DNA of 64,000 bases from assembly GCF_963921235.1 (NCBI RefSeq), contig NC_086108.1, positions 25,854,001 through 25,918,000 on the forward strand. The letters are read 5' to 3'. A model generated the notes under the pieces. It searched no databases. It worked only from the letters and a program-made list of their open reading frames with translations, and was not told where the DNA came from. A program made the position numbers and the translations under genes. Source of the stretch: Mobula hypostoma. Lineage: Eukaryota. Numbering within the stretch: the first letter of the stretch is position 1; each line of letters opens with the position of its first letter. Below, piece by piece: positions 40,432 through 53,768 of the stretch.

Positions 40432-40830
40432 TGAGAAATTCTACAGATGCTGGAAATCCAAATCAACACACACAGAATGCTGAGGAACTCAATAGGTCAG
40501 GCAGCATCTATGGAAAAGAGTAAACAGTTGATATTTCAGGCCAAGACCCTTCTTCAGGACTGGAAGGGAAGGGAAAGTGTCAGAATAAAAAAAGGTGGTC
40601 AGGAGGCGAAGGAGGATAGCAAGAAGGTGATAGGTGAAACCAGGTGGGTAGGAAAGGTAAAGGGCTCGGGGGTAGAGAGGAAAAAGGAATCTGATGAGAG
40701 GAGAGTGGAGCCTAGGAGAAAGTGCAGGAAGAGGGGACACAGGGGAATGTTGTAGGCTGGTGAGAAGAGGTAAGAGGTCAGAGTGGGGAATTGAAGAAGG
40801 GAGGAGGGGGAGAGACACATTTTTTGCTGG
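40432..40830 (-). mobile_element. Penelope-like 3' end, older subfamily
   Basis: Minus strand CAGTC-CTGAAGA-AGGGTCTTGGCCT-GAAA-TA-TC-AACTG with an upstream pyrimidine-rich UTR. Confidence 0.75.
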
Positions 40831-41524
40831 AAAGAGAAATAATACCTATTATACCTTATGTTTCTAGAAATACTCTTTGTCCACATCATTCCCAAATGCC
40901 TTAGTTAGCTCATTGTCAATCTTTGTCTCCTACTAGTTTCCTGACTTACATTACTTTCTTAAAAATACAACAGGAAAGAAAATCAATATTTTGATTTGCA
41001 GTTTTGGTTACCCATTCTCAACAGGTGTTCTGTCTTTCCTTTGATGTTTTGTTTCCCATCATACTTGCAACTACCCTAGAATATTTGATCCTGGGCCCGG
41101 CCCAGTGCACTTTAATATTTGATCACGAGCTCTTGCTTCACACCAAGTTGCATAACCCTGGGACTGGTCATTTGGGTCATAGAGGGAGGCACTGAGACCT
41201 TTTAGTGGGTTAATGCAAAAGCCGATGTTTGTGAGAGCAAGGCACAAGATGTTGGAGGAATTCAGATAGCCTCTATGGAGGGGAATACAGTCGACATCTT
41301 GGAACAATACCCTTCATCAGGACTGGAAAGTAAGGGGCAAGAAGCTTCTGTTTGTCACATTGTATCTTAAGGTGCATTATATAGGACCAATTACAGATAA
41401 AGTGATGTCAAAGTCACACAGTGTGCATAGGGTAGTGAGTACAAAGAAGATCTCAAACGTTGCTGCTTTGATCCTACTCTTGCTCTTAACAGATAAACTT
41501 TCTGGAGATCCCATCATCCACACA

Positions 41525-41888
41525 GTCATTATCATCATTATGTGCCATGTCATATGACGTAGGCGATCATGGCCTCATGATCATAATTGTTCTTGACAAT
41601 TCTTTTACAGAAGAAGTTTGCCATTGCCTTCTTCTGGGCAGAGTCTTTACAAGACAGATGACTTCACCCATTAAAAATATTCTTCAGAGGTTGTCAGTAG
41701 TCGCATAACTGACATGATATGCACCAGCTGCTCATATGACCATCCACAACCACTCCAATGGCTGCACATGACTTGGATGGAGGGGCTAAGCAGGTGCTAC
41801 ACCTTGCCCAAGGGCAACCTGCAGGCTTGCAGAGGGAAGGAGTGCCTTTCACATCCCTTGGTAGAGACGTATCTCTACCTCACCATCC
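41525..41888 (-). mobile_element. RTE/BovB-related bipartite SINE-like element
   Basis: Minus strand AGAAGAAGGCAATGGCAAAC (BovB/Bov-A-like motif) and (ATG)n tail. Confidence 0.6.
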
Positions 41889-42306
41889 AATGTTAAATTC
41901 AATGCCACATAGATCTGGTGCATGACCTCCGACCTCCAATACTGTCAAAAACACTGTGCGAAAGCCGACAAGTTGCACTAACCTATGAATAAAGTGCAAA
42001 CCAGAGGACCAACAAGGGATAGTATTGTACAAGTCAATTCAGTAGTATAACTCAATGCAGAACATTACCCAAGGCACTTGAGCCTATGAATTGCTCTGTC
42101 ATATAATTCTTTATACAATATCCATCACATTGATGTAAGGTAAACAAAAGAATGCTCTGCCAGTTTCCGATTTATATCCTTAAGCTTTACAGAACCCCCT
42201 TGTATTATCCTCTAAGTTTTAAATTACAGTAAGCCCCCTCTGTTATGTTTACGAATTTGTTACATTCTATTTAGGTTGAGCACTAAACTCTTATTAATTT
42301 CTAGAG

Positions 42307-45235
42307 CAGTGATTCCCAGTGGGGTCAGCACTGCCCCACAAGTGGTCAGTTGCATTTCCTAAGGGGGCATTAAGGGAAATAAATAGTCAAGATTCTTGGG
42401 GGTGGGGGTGGTGGTAAGCATCATAATGAGGCACAAGACCTGACTGACCACGTCAATTCACTGCCGTCATCAACATCAGGCAGGCATTCCCAGTTTGTGT
42501 TAATTTTTCATTTTAATTTACCCTTGTTATTTATGTATAAATATGTACAATGTGATCTTATCCTATTAAGGAACAGAAACTACAGAAAGTATGCCAATAC
42601 AATGTTATATACCTAGAGTAAGTTTTTTTTCTGTTTCTGTCAGATGAGCAACATAATACTGTACTGTCTAATGAAGCCATGAAACCATCAAGATTGCAGG
42701 AACACTTCCAAAAAAGACACCCTGAATATACTCCAAAATGATAGCATAGTGTGGAAAATCTCATACAATTGGTGAAATATTAATAATGCCTGCTGTATCT
42801 GAAGTGCTCACCACTGTTCTCAAAATGGATACCAATATTTTAAAACCAATCCTCTAAGTAATAACTCTGTAGCTCATCCTATTGATGAAATGAGTGAAGA
42901 GATTGAGTATCAACTATTCACAGAACTACACAAAGCAGAATTTGGGATACAACTGGATGATTCAACTGTGAGGATGGTTTACATGAGGCATCGCTAATGG
43001 CATATGTATAGTTTAACAAAAATTGGAGAAGTTTATGAAGAGATTCTTTTTTGTAAAAAGTTAAAATCAAATATCAACAGAGAATCAATCTCAACAAGCT
43101 CAAAATGTATATTGAAGATATAAGTACTCTGATGAGGAACATGATTTCTGGTGCAACGGATGGAGCACCATGTATGTTGACAGGTCACCATGCTGGTTTA
43201 GAGGCATTTATGAAAAAATAAATTCCAAGTCTGTTTCCAATCCATCATCAACACCTCACAGCCAAAAACCTCAGCCAGACTTTTTTCGAGGATGACTCTT
43301 GTAATATCTACTTTTAACAACATTAAAGTTCATTCATTAAAAAGCAGAATGTTTCACCAAGATAATGATTAAGTGTTTAAGCACTTGACTCTTTTCACAC
43401 TGTGGATGAGTGTGTGCCCACAAAGATTTGCTGTACATTCCCAAACCAAAAGCCGTGGATGAACCAGGAGGTATGACATCTGCTGACATTCAAGTCTGGC
43501 AACCCAGGCCTTTACCAGAAAACCAGGTATGATTTGCAGAGGGCTATTTGAAGGGTGAAGAGACAATTTAGAATGAAGTTGGAGGCGACAGCGGATACAC
43601 GGCAACTCTAGCAGGGTCTACAAGACATTTTCCCTACAAAGCAAAATCCAATAGTATGAATGGCAACGATGCTTCACTACCAGATGATCTCAATGCCTTC
43701 TATGCATGCTTTCAAAGGAAGAATATAACCTCACCTGTGAAGATCCCTGCTGCACCTGATGACCCTGTGATCTCTGTCTTAGAGGCCGATATTAGGCTGT
43801 TTTTGAAGAGAGTGAACCCTTGCAAGGCATAAGGTCCCGAAGGAGTACCTGGTAAAGGCTCTGAAAACCTATGCCAACCAACTAGGTGGAGTGTTTAAGG
43901 ACATTTTCAACTTCTCACTACCAGGGGCAGAAGCTCCCACTTGATTCAAAAGGGCAACAATTACACCAGTGCCTAAGAAGAATAATGTGGGCTCCTTAAC
44001 GACTATTGCCTGGTAGCACTCACATCCACAGTGATGAAATGCTTTGAGAGGTTGGTCATGACTAGACTGAACTCACACCTCAGCAAGGACCTGGACCCAT
44101 TGCAATTTGCCTATTACCACAATATATCAATGGCAGACGCAATCTCAATGGCTCCCAACATGGCTTTAGACCACCTGCACAACACAAACACCTATGTTAG
44201 GATGCTGTTCATCGACAGTAGCTCAGCATTTAATACCATCGTTCCCACAATCCTAATTGAGAAGTCGCAGTACCTGGGTCTCTGGACCTCTGCAATTGGA
44301 TCCTGGACTTCCTAACCAGAAGACCATAATCTGTGTGGATTGGTGATAACACCTCCTCCTCCCTGTCGATCAACACTGGTGAACCTCAGGGTTGTGTGCT
44401 TAGCCCACTGCTTTACTATCTATATACACATGACTGTATGGCTAGGCACAGCTCAAATACCATCTATAAATTTGCTGAAGGTACCACCATTGTTGGTAGA
44501 ATCTCAGGTGGTGACAAGAGGGTGTAGGGTGCCACAACAACAACCTGGAACTCAATATCAGTAAGACGAAAGAGCTGGTTGTGGACTTCAGGAAGGGTAA
44601 GCCGGAGGAACACATACCAATCCTCATAGAGGGATCAGGAGTGGAGAGAGTGAGCAGCTTCAAGTTCCTGGGTGTCAAGATCTCTGAGGATCTAACCTGG
44701 TCCCAACATATTGATGTAGTTATAAAGAAGGCAAGACGGTGGCTATACTTTATAAGGAGTTTGAAGAGATTTGGCATGTCAATAAATACACTCAAAAACT
44801 TCTATAGCTGTACCGTAAAGAGCATTCTAACAGGCTGCATCACCGTTTGGTATTGGGAGAGGCTACTGCACAGGACCGAAAGAAGCTGCTGAAGGTTGTA
44901 AATCTAGTTAGTTCCATCTTGTGTACTGACAAAGTACCCAGGACATCTGTAGGGAGCAGTGTCTCAGAAAAGTGGTGTCCGTTATTAAGGACCTCTAGCT
45001 CCCAGGGCATTCCCTTTCCTCACTGTTACCATCAGGTAGGAGGTACAGAAGCTTGAAGGCACACACTCAGTGATTCAGGAACAGCTTCTTCCCCTCTGCC
45101 ATGCCATTCCTAAATGGACATTGAATCTTTGGACACTACCTCAATTTTTTTTAATACACAGTATTTCTGTTTTTGCATTTTTAAAAAATCTATTTAATAT
45201 ACATAATTGATTTACTTGTTTATTGATTATTATTA

Positions 45236-45269
<34 letters not shown>

Positions 45270-46323
45270 TTTTTTTCTCTGCTAGATTAAGTATTGCATT
45301 GAACTGCTGCTGCTAAGTTAACAAATTTCACGTCATGTGCCGGTGATAATAAACCTGATTCTGATTCTGAAGTACATTGGCTCTCAAAAGGCTACTGCTT
45401 AAGATGCTTCTTTGATCTTTTTGACACCGTGGTTGAATATTTGCTCGGTCGACAATATTGAACTTCCACACGGAGATGTGGTGTACTTCGTCAATCTGTG
45501 TGACAAAATGAACATTCTAAAGATGAACTGAAAGGTGAGAATTTCAATTTAATCCAGGCAAGTGTGCAACATCCACTTTTATCAGAAAATTAGAAATATA
45601 TAATCAAAAGGTTAGGAGAAGAATTTTCTCACAGTTTCCCTACATGGAAAGTATGGCAGTCTCTTTCACAGATGATGATTTGCAAGAGTACTGCTCATAC
45701 CTGAAGCCACTGAAGTAGGATTTTCAAAATCAATTCAAGCATTTGAATGACCTTGGAATTCCGGACTGGGTAAATAACCCATTTCTTTGCAAGGTGGAAG
45801 ACCAGGAAGAGAACTTACAAGAAAACAATTATTGAAATTCAGAATGATGAAGAAGCAAAAATATTTTTCAACAAAGTTGGCTTTTGTGGTATGTGGCTAC
45901 ACTGTCATACGAAGTTTCCCAGTCTTTGGAGAAGAGCCAAACTGCTCTTCATTGCATTTCCATCCTCCTATCTTGTTGAAAGAGGCAGTGAACCACATAC
46001 TCACAAAAAACAGAAACAGCTTGAACATAGTTATGCGTGAGGACTTAAGACTTTTGCTGTCACAACTTGAACCAAGTATTTCAACTCTTGATAAAAACCA
46101 CTAAGCTCAAGGATTACATTGATGTCAAAGCTGCTGTACAGTGTACAGGTACTTTATAAGCTAGGTTTAATGCTGAATGAGTATTTAAAGCTGAAAAATC
46201 TAATATCATAGATATATTTTCACACTATGGTGGTGCTGTAAAGTATATTGTGCCTAAGAGGGACAATGGCAAGTATGAACGTGCTTTGCGGGTGTTGGGC
46301 TAAAAAAAAGCTATGAAACACTG
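42307..46323 (+). mobile_element. hAT DNA transposon (Charlie/Buster group), decayed transposase
   Basis: CAGTG...CACTG ends; 8-bp TSD TTCTAGAG/CTCTAGAG (Charlie-type NTCTAGAN target); remnants LSNEAMKPSRLQEH, HTIGEILIMPA, IPLSNNSV, IQLDDST, HT|EVHWLSKG. Confidence 0.88.
43403..45370 (+). mobile_element. Rex1/Babar LINE inserted into the hAT transposase
   Basis: Reads FPNQKPWMN...LDPLQFAY...GEPQGCVLSPLL...FKFLGVKISEDLTWS; AATAAA plus (CTGATT)n tail; splits the hAT HT|EV motif. Confidence 0.9.
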
Positions 46324-46999
46324 CTCTAGAGCTTCAGAACTGAAATTTCAGGTAAATATAAAAGTTGTATTTTAGAACTACATATTTTACTGTTTCCAAT
46401 AATGTTCCAATCTCTTAAGACCTACCTCTGGTGATGGAGCACATACTTCATCATCATAGAGTTATAGAGATAGATACAGCAAGGAAGCAGGCCCTTCAGC
46501 CCATCGACTCCATGCCAACCATCAACTACCCATTGCATCATTCCTGTATCAGCTCCAGTTTTATTGTCCCCATGTCCTCATTAACTCTGCACATCTACTG
46601 TGTACACAATGGGGTAGTATACAATGGTCAATTAATCTAGCAACTCACATGTTTGTGAATAGAGTTGAAACCGGAGCTCTCGGAGTCGCAGGGAGAATAT
46701 GCAGACCCCACACAGATAGCTTTACAAGTTAGGAATGAACACAGATCTCTGGCCAGCTGAAGCTAGAGAATTGGTAGACGACAATGCAATATCTTAGGAT
46801 CTACAGATTACTCTTCATAGAAGTCTGGTGCTAACTTAAAGCAGCAACAGCATCTCTTGCTATGTTAGGCATGCTGTAGTTTTCCTTACTCTACGCAGAG
46901 GATTTTCATTGGTGTCCTCTGGAGCAATGAGGAAGCTCACTGTCTACTGAGCTCTCAGGCTAAGACACCCAAGTGGTAAAATAGGCATTTACCATTAAC

Positions 47000-47420
47000 C
47001 TTGACTATCCCCGCTTCATCATTCCACCATTCCTGTTTCCCTCTCTCACCTTAGCTGCTCATCACCTCACTCTGGTGCTCCTCACCGTTGCCTTTCTTCC
47101 AGAGTTTCCTGTCTTCCCCTGTCAGATTCCCCTTTCTCCAGCCCTTTATCTATTTCACATATCAATTTCAGTGCTCTTTATTTCACCCCTTCCCCCATCC
47201 TAGTTTCACCTATGACCTACCACCTTGTACTTCTTACTCCCCTTCCCCCCCCCCACTATTTTGCTGTAACTTTTCTTCTTTTTTTTCCAGTCCTGGTGAA
47301 GGGTCTTGGCCCAGAACATCGACTATTTACTCTTTCCTATAGATGCTGCCTGGTCTTGCTGAAGTCCTTCAGCATTTTGCGTGTTTTGGTTGGATTTCCA
47401 GCATCTGAAGATTTTCTTGA
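47000..47420 (+). mobile_element. Penelope-like 3' end, decayed hammerhead
   Basis: CAGTC-CTGGTGA-AGGGTCTTGGCCC-AGAA-CA-TC-GACTA, followed by ATAGATGCTGCCTGG...CCAGCATCTG. Confidence 0.7.
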
Positions 47421-48635
47421 CTATGAGGTAAATTAGCCCACTGTGCATGCTGACATTTCACCCAGGAATAAGTCTATTGAAAGTAATCAGGGAGTAAGGC
47501 ATAGATCAAAGATCATAGAAATTATGTGTTTAGCACAGTACAGACCCTTGGGCTCATGATGATATACCCCCTTTTAATTTACAGCACAATTTATCTTACC
47601 CTTCTATTCCATGTCGTCATCCATTTTTCATTCATTCATGTGCCAGTATATTAAATGTCACTAATGTACATTGTGAGAAAAATTTACTTCTGATATTCCC
47701 CTATATTTTACGACAATCACCTTCAATCTATGCCCTGTTATATTAGCCATATCCACCCTGGGAGGAAAGGTACTGGCTGTCCACTCTAGCTATGCCTTTT
47801 ATCATTGTCTACACATCCATCAAGTCACCTCTTGTTCTCCTTCACTCCAAAGACAAAAGCCCTAGCTCACTCAGTCTATCCTTATAAGACATGCTCTCTA
47901 GTCCAGGCAACATCTTTTAAATCTCCTCTGCACCTGCTCTAAAGTTCTCACATTCTTCTATAATGATGTGACCAGAACTGAACATAATACTCCAAGTGTG
48001 GTCTAACGAGAGTTTTGGAGAGCTCTTGAACTCGATGCCCCAACTAGTGAGTCAATACACCATAATCCTTCTGAACAACCCTATAAATTTGCGTAGCAAC
48101 TTTGAGGGATCTATGACTTGGACCACAAGATCCCTCTGTTCCTCCATTCTGCTCAGAATCCTGCCATTATGCCTGCACTCTGCCTTCACACTTCTCTGGA
48201 TTGAAGTCCATCTTTTCAGCCCAGCATCACATCTTATCAATAACCCATTGTAATCTACAGCAAGTCCACACGATCCACAATACTACCAATCTTTGGGTCA
48301 TCTGCAAACTTAGTAACCCATCTTTCCACTTCCTCATCCAAGTCACAAAGATCAGGGGCCCCAGAACAGACCCTTGCAGAAAACCACTGGTCCGCAGTCT
48401 CCAGTCAGTATCTGCTCCATCTGCTGCCACCCTCTGCCATTTGTGGGCAAGCTGATTCGGAATCCATGCAGTAGAAATTTCCTTCATCCCATGGCACATG
48501 ACGTTCTGAATGAGTCTACCATGGGAAACCTTGTGGAATGCCTTATTAAAATCCATATTCACCACACTCACTGCTGAACCTTCATCAATATGTTTTGTCA
48601 CTTCTTCAAAGAATTCAATCAAGCTTGTGAGGTCT

Positions 48636-49456
48636 GGTGGCATGGTGCGAAGACAATAACCTATCCCTCAACGTCAGCAAGATGAAGGAATTAGTTGTTG
48701 ACTTCAGAAGGAGTAGCGGACCACATGACCCAATTTACATCGGTAGTGCGCAAGTGGAACAGGTCAAAAGCTTTAAGTTCCTCAGGGTCAATATCACAAA
48801 TGACCCCCTGACTTGGTCCAACCAAGCAGAGTCCACTGCCAAGAAGGCCCACCAGCACCTTTACTTCCTGAGAAAACTAAAGAAATTTGGCCTGTCCCCT
48901 AAAACCCTCACTAATTTTTATAGATGCACCGTAGAAAGCATTCTTCTAGGGTGCATCACAACTTGGTATGGAAGATGTCCTGTCCAAGACTGGAAGAAGC
49001 TGCAGAAGATCGTGAACACGGCGCAGCACATCACATAAACCAATCTTCCATCCTTGGACTCACTTTACACCACACGCTGTCGGAGCAGTGCTGCCAGGAT
49101 AATCAAGGACACAACCCACCCAGCCAACACACTTTTCGTCCCTCTTCCCTCTGGGCAAGGCTCAGGAGCTTGAAGACTCATATGGCCAGATTTGGGAACT
49201 GCTTCTTTCCAACAGTGATAAGATTGCTGAACGGATCCTGACCCGGATCTGGACCGTACCCTCCAAATATCCGGACCTGCATCTCGGTTTTTTTGCACTA
49301 CCTTACTTTCCATTTTTCTATTTATGATTTATAATTTAAATTTTTAATATTTACTATTGATTTGTAATCCAGGGAGTGGGAAGTGCAGAATCAAGTATTG
49401 CTATGATGATTGTATGTTCTAGTATCAATTGTTTGGTGACAATAAAGTATAAAGTA
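48636..49456 (+). mobile_element. Rex1/Babar LINE 3' part
   Basis: Reads WCEDNNLSLNVSKMKELVVDFRR...KKAHQHLYFLRKLKKF; AATAAAGTATAAAGTA tail. Confidence 0.9.
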
Positions 49457-49537
49457 TGATCTGTCTCTCACAATGCCATGCTGGCTATCTCTGATCAAAC
49501 TGTGCTTATTCAAATGTTCATAAATCCTGTCTAGTCA

Positions 49538-50010
49538 CTTCAAGTTTAGTTGTTATTCAACCATACACGAATACCCATGAACACAGCCAAACGAGACGGC
49601 GTTACTCCGGGGTAAGGTGCAAAACACAGTACCAACAGTCACACACAGCACAAAGCACACATAGCACATATAAGAGAGAAAAGCTACAGCCACTCAATAA
49701 AAGATACCAAACTTAAGCCATCTAACACTGCTCAAATCTGCAGACAGCCACAACAGAGCTTGTCTTTTGCCAAACGAACATTTGGGGGTTGGGGGGGGAA
49801 CGTGAAGGGGAATGGTGGCAGCATTGACTCCAGACTGGACAACATGCCACACTACCCCGGGTGGAGGACGCACTGATTTTGATGCCTCTCTCTCCCCACA
49901 GGCGATACCACAGCTTGATACCATACAAGATAGCAAGCATATATAGGATATCAGTAAAATACAATCACTCCAGTCCGAATGTTGCACCACACTGTCCCCA
50001 GTGGAGCAGA
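49538..50010 (-). mobile_element. Non-coding retroposon with Rex1-like tail
   Basis: Tail matches 22850-22945 and 33050-33175 (...TAAACTTGA) in reverse; it interrupts the CR1. Confidence 0.55.
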
Positions 50011-50340
50011 GGACTCTAAGAATCCTCTCCAATACTTTGACCATTCACCAACTGTGTTTCCCAGGATTATTCCTATCATCTTTTTTGAACAAAGGAATAA
50101 CGTTAGTCACCCTCTGTTGACCAGTGAGAGATGCAAAGATCATCACCAAAGGCACACCAATCTCTTCTTCCTCTTCCTGTCCAACCTGTCCTGGCCCCAG
50201 GGACTTACTTTTCTTAAGGCTTTTCGAAAGTTCTAGTACATCTTCTTCCTTAATATTGACAAGTTACAGCATTTTGACCTGTTCTATGCTGTCCACACAT
50301 CTGTCAAGGCCCTTCTCAATGGTGAACACTAAAGCAAAGT

Positions 50341-50584
50341 CCGGCTGGTGGTGCAGTGAGATCAGCGCCAGACTCCAGAGTGAAGGTTCCCGAGTTCGAA
50401 TCCAGGTCGGGCCACCCCTGAGCACACTTTCCATCCGTGCCAGGTTGAGAGTCGAGCTAGCCACTTGGCCTCGTAAAAAGATACAAGGGTTGAGACAGGA
50501 AGGTTCGTAACGTGACCCGGTTAATCCTGACACCACGTGCCAGACAAGAATGGCTGACTGTCTGGTGGACACGCTTAAAGAAAA
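50341..50584 (+). mobile_element. tRNA-derived SINE
   Basis: A box TGGTGCAGTGAG, B box GTTCGAATCC, A-rich tail; perfect 13-bp TSD ACTAAAGCAAAGT (50328-50340, 50585-50597). Confidence 0.9.
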
Positions 50585-51957
50585 ACTAAAGCAAAGTATT
50601 CATTAAGGACCTCCCTACCTCCAGGCACATTTCCTCTTTATCGTTGATCGGTCCAAACCTCAATCGTGTCATCGTCTTGTTCAAAGTTCAAAATTCAAAG
50701 TAAATTTATTATCAAAGTACATATATGTCCCCGCATACAACCCTGAGAATTGTTTTCTAGTGAGCATACTCAGTAAATCCAAGAAACATAATAGAATCAA
50801 TGTGGGATTGCACCCAAAAGGATGGAAAAACAACCAATGTGCAAAAGACAACGAACTGCAAATATAAAAGAAAAATAAATAAATAAAGAAAGAAGCAATG
50901 AATATCGAGAACAGGGGATGAAGAGTCCTTGAAAGTGAGTCCACAGGTTGTGGAAGCAGTTCAATGATGGGGCGAGTAAAATAATCACCACTAGTTCAAG
51001 AGCCTGATGGTTGAAGAGTAATAATTGTTCCTGAACCTGTTGAAGCAGGTCCTGAGGCTATTGTACCTTTTTCCTGATGGCAGCAGTGAGAAGTGATCAT
51101 GTCCTGGATGGTGGGGGTCCTTGATGATAGATGCTGCTTTCTTGCAACTGTACTCCGTATAGATGTGCTCTGTGGTGGGAAGGACTTTACATATGATGGA
51201 CTGGACGATATTCAGTACTTTTCGTGGTTTCCATACCAGGCCATGTGCAACCAGTCAATATACACTCCACCACACATCTATCAAAGTTTGTCAAAGTTTT
51301 AGATATCATGCTGAATCTTTGCAAATTTCTAAGGAAGTAGAGGCAATGCTAAGCTTTCTTCTTAATTGCTTGTGTGCTGGGCCCAGGAGAGATCCTCCGA
51401 AATGATAACAATGAGGCATTTAAAGTTGCTGAACCTCTCTACTTTAGCTCCCCGGCTCATGGACATCCGGTTTCCTCCTCCTGAAGTTAATAATCAGCTC
51501 CATGGTCTTGCTGACATTGAGTGAGAGGTTGTTGTTTGGCACCAGTCAGCTATATTTTCAATCTCTCTCCCATTTGCTGATTTGTCACCACTTTTGATTC
51601 AACCAACAGTGGTGTCGTCAGCAAACTTAAATATGGCATTGGAGCTGTGTGTAGCCTCTCAGTCCTGAGTATAAAGCAAGGAGAGCGGGAGATGAAGCAC
51701 ACAACCTTGTTGAAGGAAATTGTGGAGATGTTATTGCCAATCCAAACTGACTGGGGTCTGCAAGTGAGGAGGTACTGAGGCCAAAATCTTGCAGCTTATT
51801 GATTAGTTTTGAAGGGATGGTGGTATTGAATGTTGAGCTGTAGTTAATACACAGCATCTTGATGTATATACCTTTGCTGTCCAGATGCTCTAGGGTTGAG
51901 TAAAAAGCCAATAAAAAGGTGTCTGCTGTGGACCTGTTGTGCTGGTAGACAAATTGA

Positions 51958-52460
51958 ACTGTAAAGATGAAGCCACACTCAGGTTGGAGGAACAACACCT
52001 TATATTCCGTCTGGGTAGCCTCCAACCTGATGGCATGAACATTGACTTCTCTAACTTCCGCTAGGCCCCACCTCCCCCTCGTACCCCATCTGTTACTCTT
52101 TTTAATGCACACATTCTTTCTCTCACTCTCCTTTTTCTCCCTCTGTCCCTCTGAATATACCTCTTGCCCATCCTCTGGGTCACCCCCCCCCCGTCTTTCT
52201 TCCCGGACCTCCTGTCCCATGATCCTCTCGTATCCCCTTCTGCCTATCACCTGTCCAGCTCTCGACTCCATCCCTCCCCCTCCTGTCTTCTCCTATCATT
52301 TTGCATCTCCCCCTCCCCCTCCAGCTTTCAAATCCCTTACTCACTCTTCCTTCAGTTAGTCCTGACGAAGGGTCTCGGCCTGAAACGTCGACTGCGCCTC
52401 TTCCTATAGATGCTGCCTGGCCTGCTGCGTTCACCAGCAACTTTGATGTATGTTGCTTGA
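51958..52460 (+). mobile_element. Young Penelope-like 3' fragment, same subfamily as 37157-38368
   Basis: Near-identical inverted copy of 37157-37651; CKDEATLRLEEQHLIFRLGSLQPDGMNIDF plus terminal repeat; TTGAA at both junctions. Confidence 0.9.
52357..52394 (+). ncRNA. Minimal type I hammerhead ribozyme motif, core intact
   Basis: TAGTC CTGACGA A GGGT-CTCG-GCCT GAAA CG TC^GACTG. Confidence 0.8.
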
Positions 52461-53047
52461 AGTGGATCCCGGTCATTTCACAGGCAGGAGTTGATATGTT
52501 TCATTACCAATCTCTCAAAACACTTCATCACTGTGGATGTAAGTGCAACTGGGCAATATTCATTGATGCAGGTTACCACATTCCCTTAGGCATCAGCATA
52601 ATTGAAGCCTGCTCGAAGCAGGTGGGTACCTCAGACTGCCAAAGCAAGAGTTTAAAGATATTGGTGAAGATATGTTTAGGACATCTTGAATTTCCCTTGA
52701 TCCTACTCTCCAAGGTCTTCTCATGTCCAGTTCTTCTAATTCCCTTCTTCCTGGCTACCTTATTACTTTTGAGACTCCTGTCTGATCTTTGCTTCCTTAA
52801 CCTTAAGTATGCTTCCTTCTTTCTCTTGACTAGAAATTTCACATCTCTTCTCAACCATGGTCCCTTCACCTTCCTTGCCTCAGTGGGGCAAACTTATCCA
52901 GAACATCATGCTCCCTAAACAACCTCCACATCTCTGTTGTGCATTTCCCAGAGTGCATTTGTTCCCAATTTATGATTTTCCCTCCCTTATTTAAATATTT
53001 TTCTATACTATTTGTTCCTATGCCTATCCAAGGCTATAATAAAGGTT

Positions 53048-53368
53048 TCCCATGGCGGTAAGAACGAGGGTGACAAAGAACAATCCAACCAAGAGCTCAA
53101 TCGTGGAACAGGCGAACTAAGTTACTTCGAACTTGACGGCTGTGAAGGTAGACGAAGGTTGCAACAAATCCATCAGCTCCAGTCGTCGTGGTTTCCATGC
53201 CATTGGAATCAGTTGGTTGATTTGTGAAGTATCATGTGCTTCTCGGAGTGCAACATCAAGTACATGTTAAACAAATACACGCTAAACATCTTTACTCTGT
53301 GGGCCACTTCTTCAGAACGAAGACCATCATCCTCAACCTCGAGGGATAGCCATGAAGATGATGGATGG
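53048..53368 (+). mobile_element. Unclassified non-LTR retroposon 3' fragment
   Basis: 8-bp TSD TAAAGGTT (53040-53047, 53369-53376); GATG-like tail; interrupts the CR1. Confidence 0.65.
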
Positions 53369-53583
53369 TAAAGGTTAGGGATTTGTAGTCACGCTCTTTG
53401 AAATGTTCACCCATCGAGAGTTCTGAAACCTAATCTGCTTCATGCTAAGCACTAAATCCAGGATGGCCTCTCCTCTAGTCAGCCTGCCTACATACTGCCC
53501 CGTCTAAGGAGGAACCAAGGAGGAATCAAGGAAGTTAAAGTCACCTATGACAGAATCCTTACTAGCTAATCTCTTCCTTCAGT

Positions 53584-53621
53584 TAGTCCTGACGAAGGGT
53601 TTTGGCCTGAAACGTCGACTG
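53584..53621 (+). ncRNA. Minimal hammerhead ribozyme, unit 1, core intact
   Basis: TAGTC CTGACGA A GGGT-TTTG-GCCT GAAA CG TC^GACTG; predicted cleavage after C53616. Confidence 0.8.
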
Positions 53622-53641
53622 CACCTCCCTCTTCCTTCAGT

Positions 53642-53679
53642 TAGTCCTGACGAAGGGTTTCGGCCTGAAACGTCGACTG
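53642..53679 (+). ncRNA. Minimal hammerhead ribozyme, unit 2, core intact
   Basis: TAGTC CTGACGA A GGGT-TTCG-GCCT GAAA CG TC^GACTG; UUCG loop in stem II; predicted cleavage after C53674. Confidence 0.8.
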
Positions 53680-53768
53680 CACCTCTTCCTTGAGATGCTG
53701 CCTGGCCTGCTGCGTTCACCAGCAACTTTTATGTGTGTAGCTAATCTCTTACTAGCTCTTCTTTCAGT

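Larger units (their letters stand above)
50681..52670 (-). mobile_element. Rex1/Babar LINE hosting a PLE insertion
   Basis: TCAAAGTTCAAAATTCAAAG tail; reads [36 protein letters not shown] and [17 protein letters not shown]. Confidence 0.85.

Noticed and set aside
41770..41888. Possible HDV-like ribozyme at the 5' end of the RTE-related element
   Set aside because: RTE elements can carry such ribozymes, but I could not build a convincing P1/P2/P3/P1.1 fold from this decayed copy; a family consensus is needed.
50341..50415. tRNA gene
   Set aside because: It has A and B boxes but continues into a SINE body with a tail and TSD; no convincing acceptor stem.
51627..52918. ORFs of 205-214 aa
   Set aside because: They are chimeric frames crossing PLE, Rex1 and CR1 junctions, not genes.
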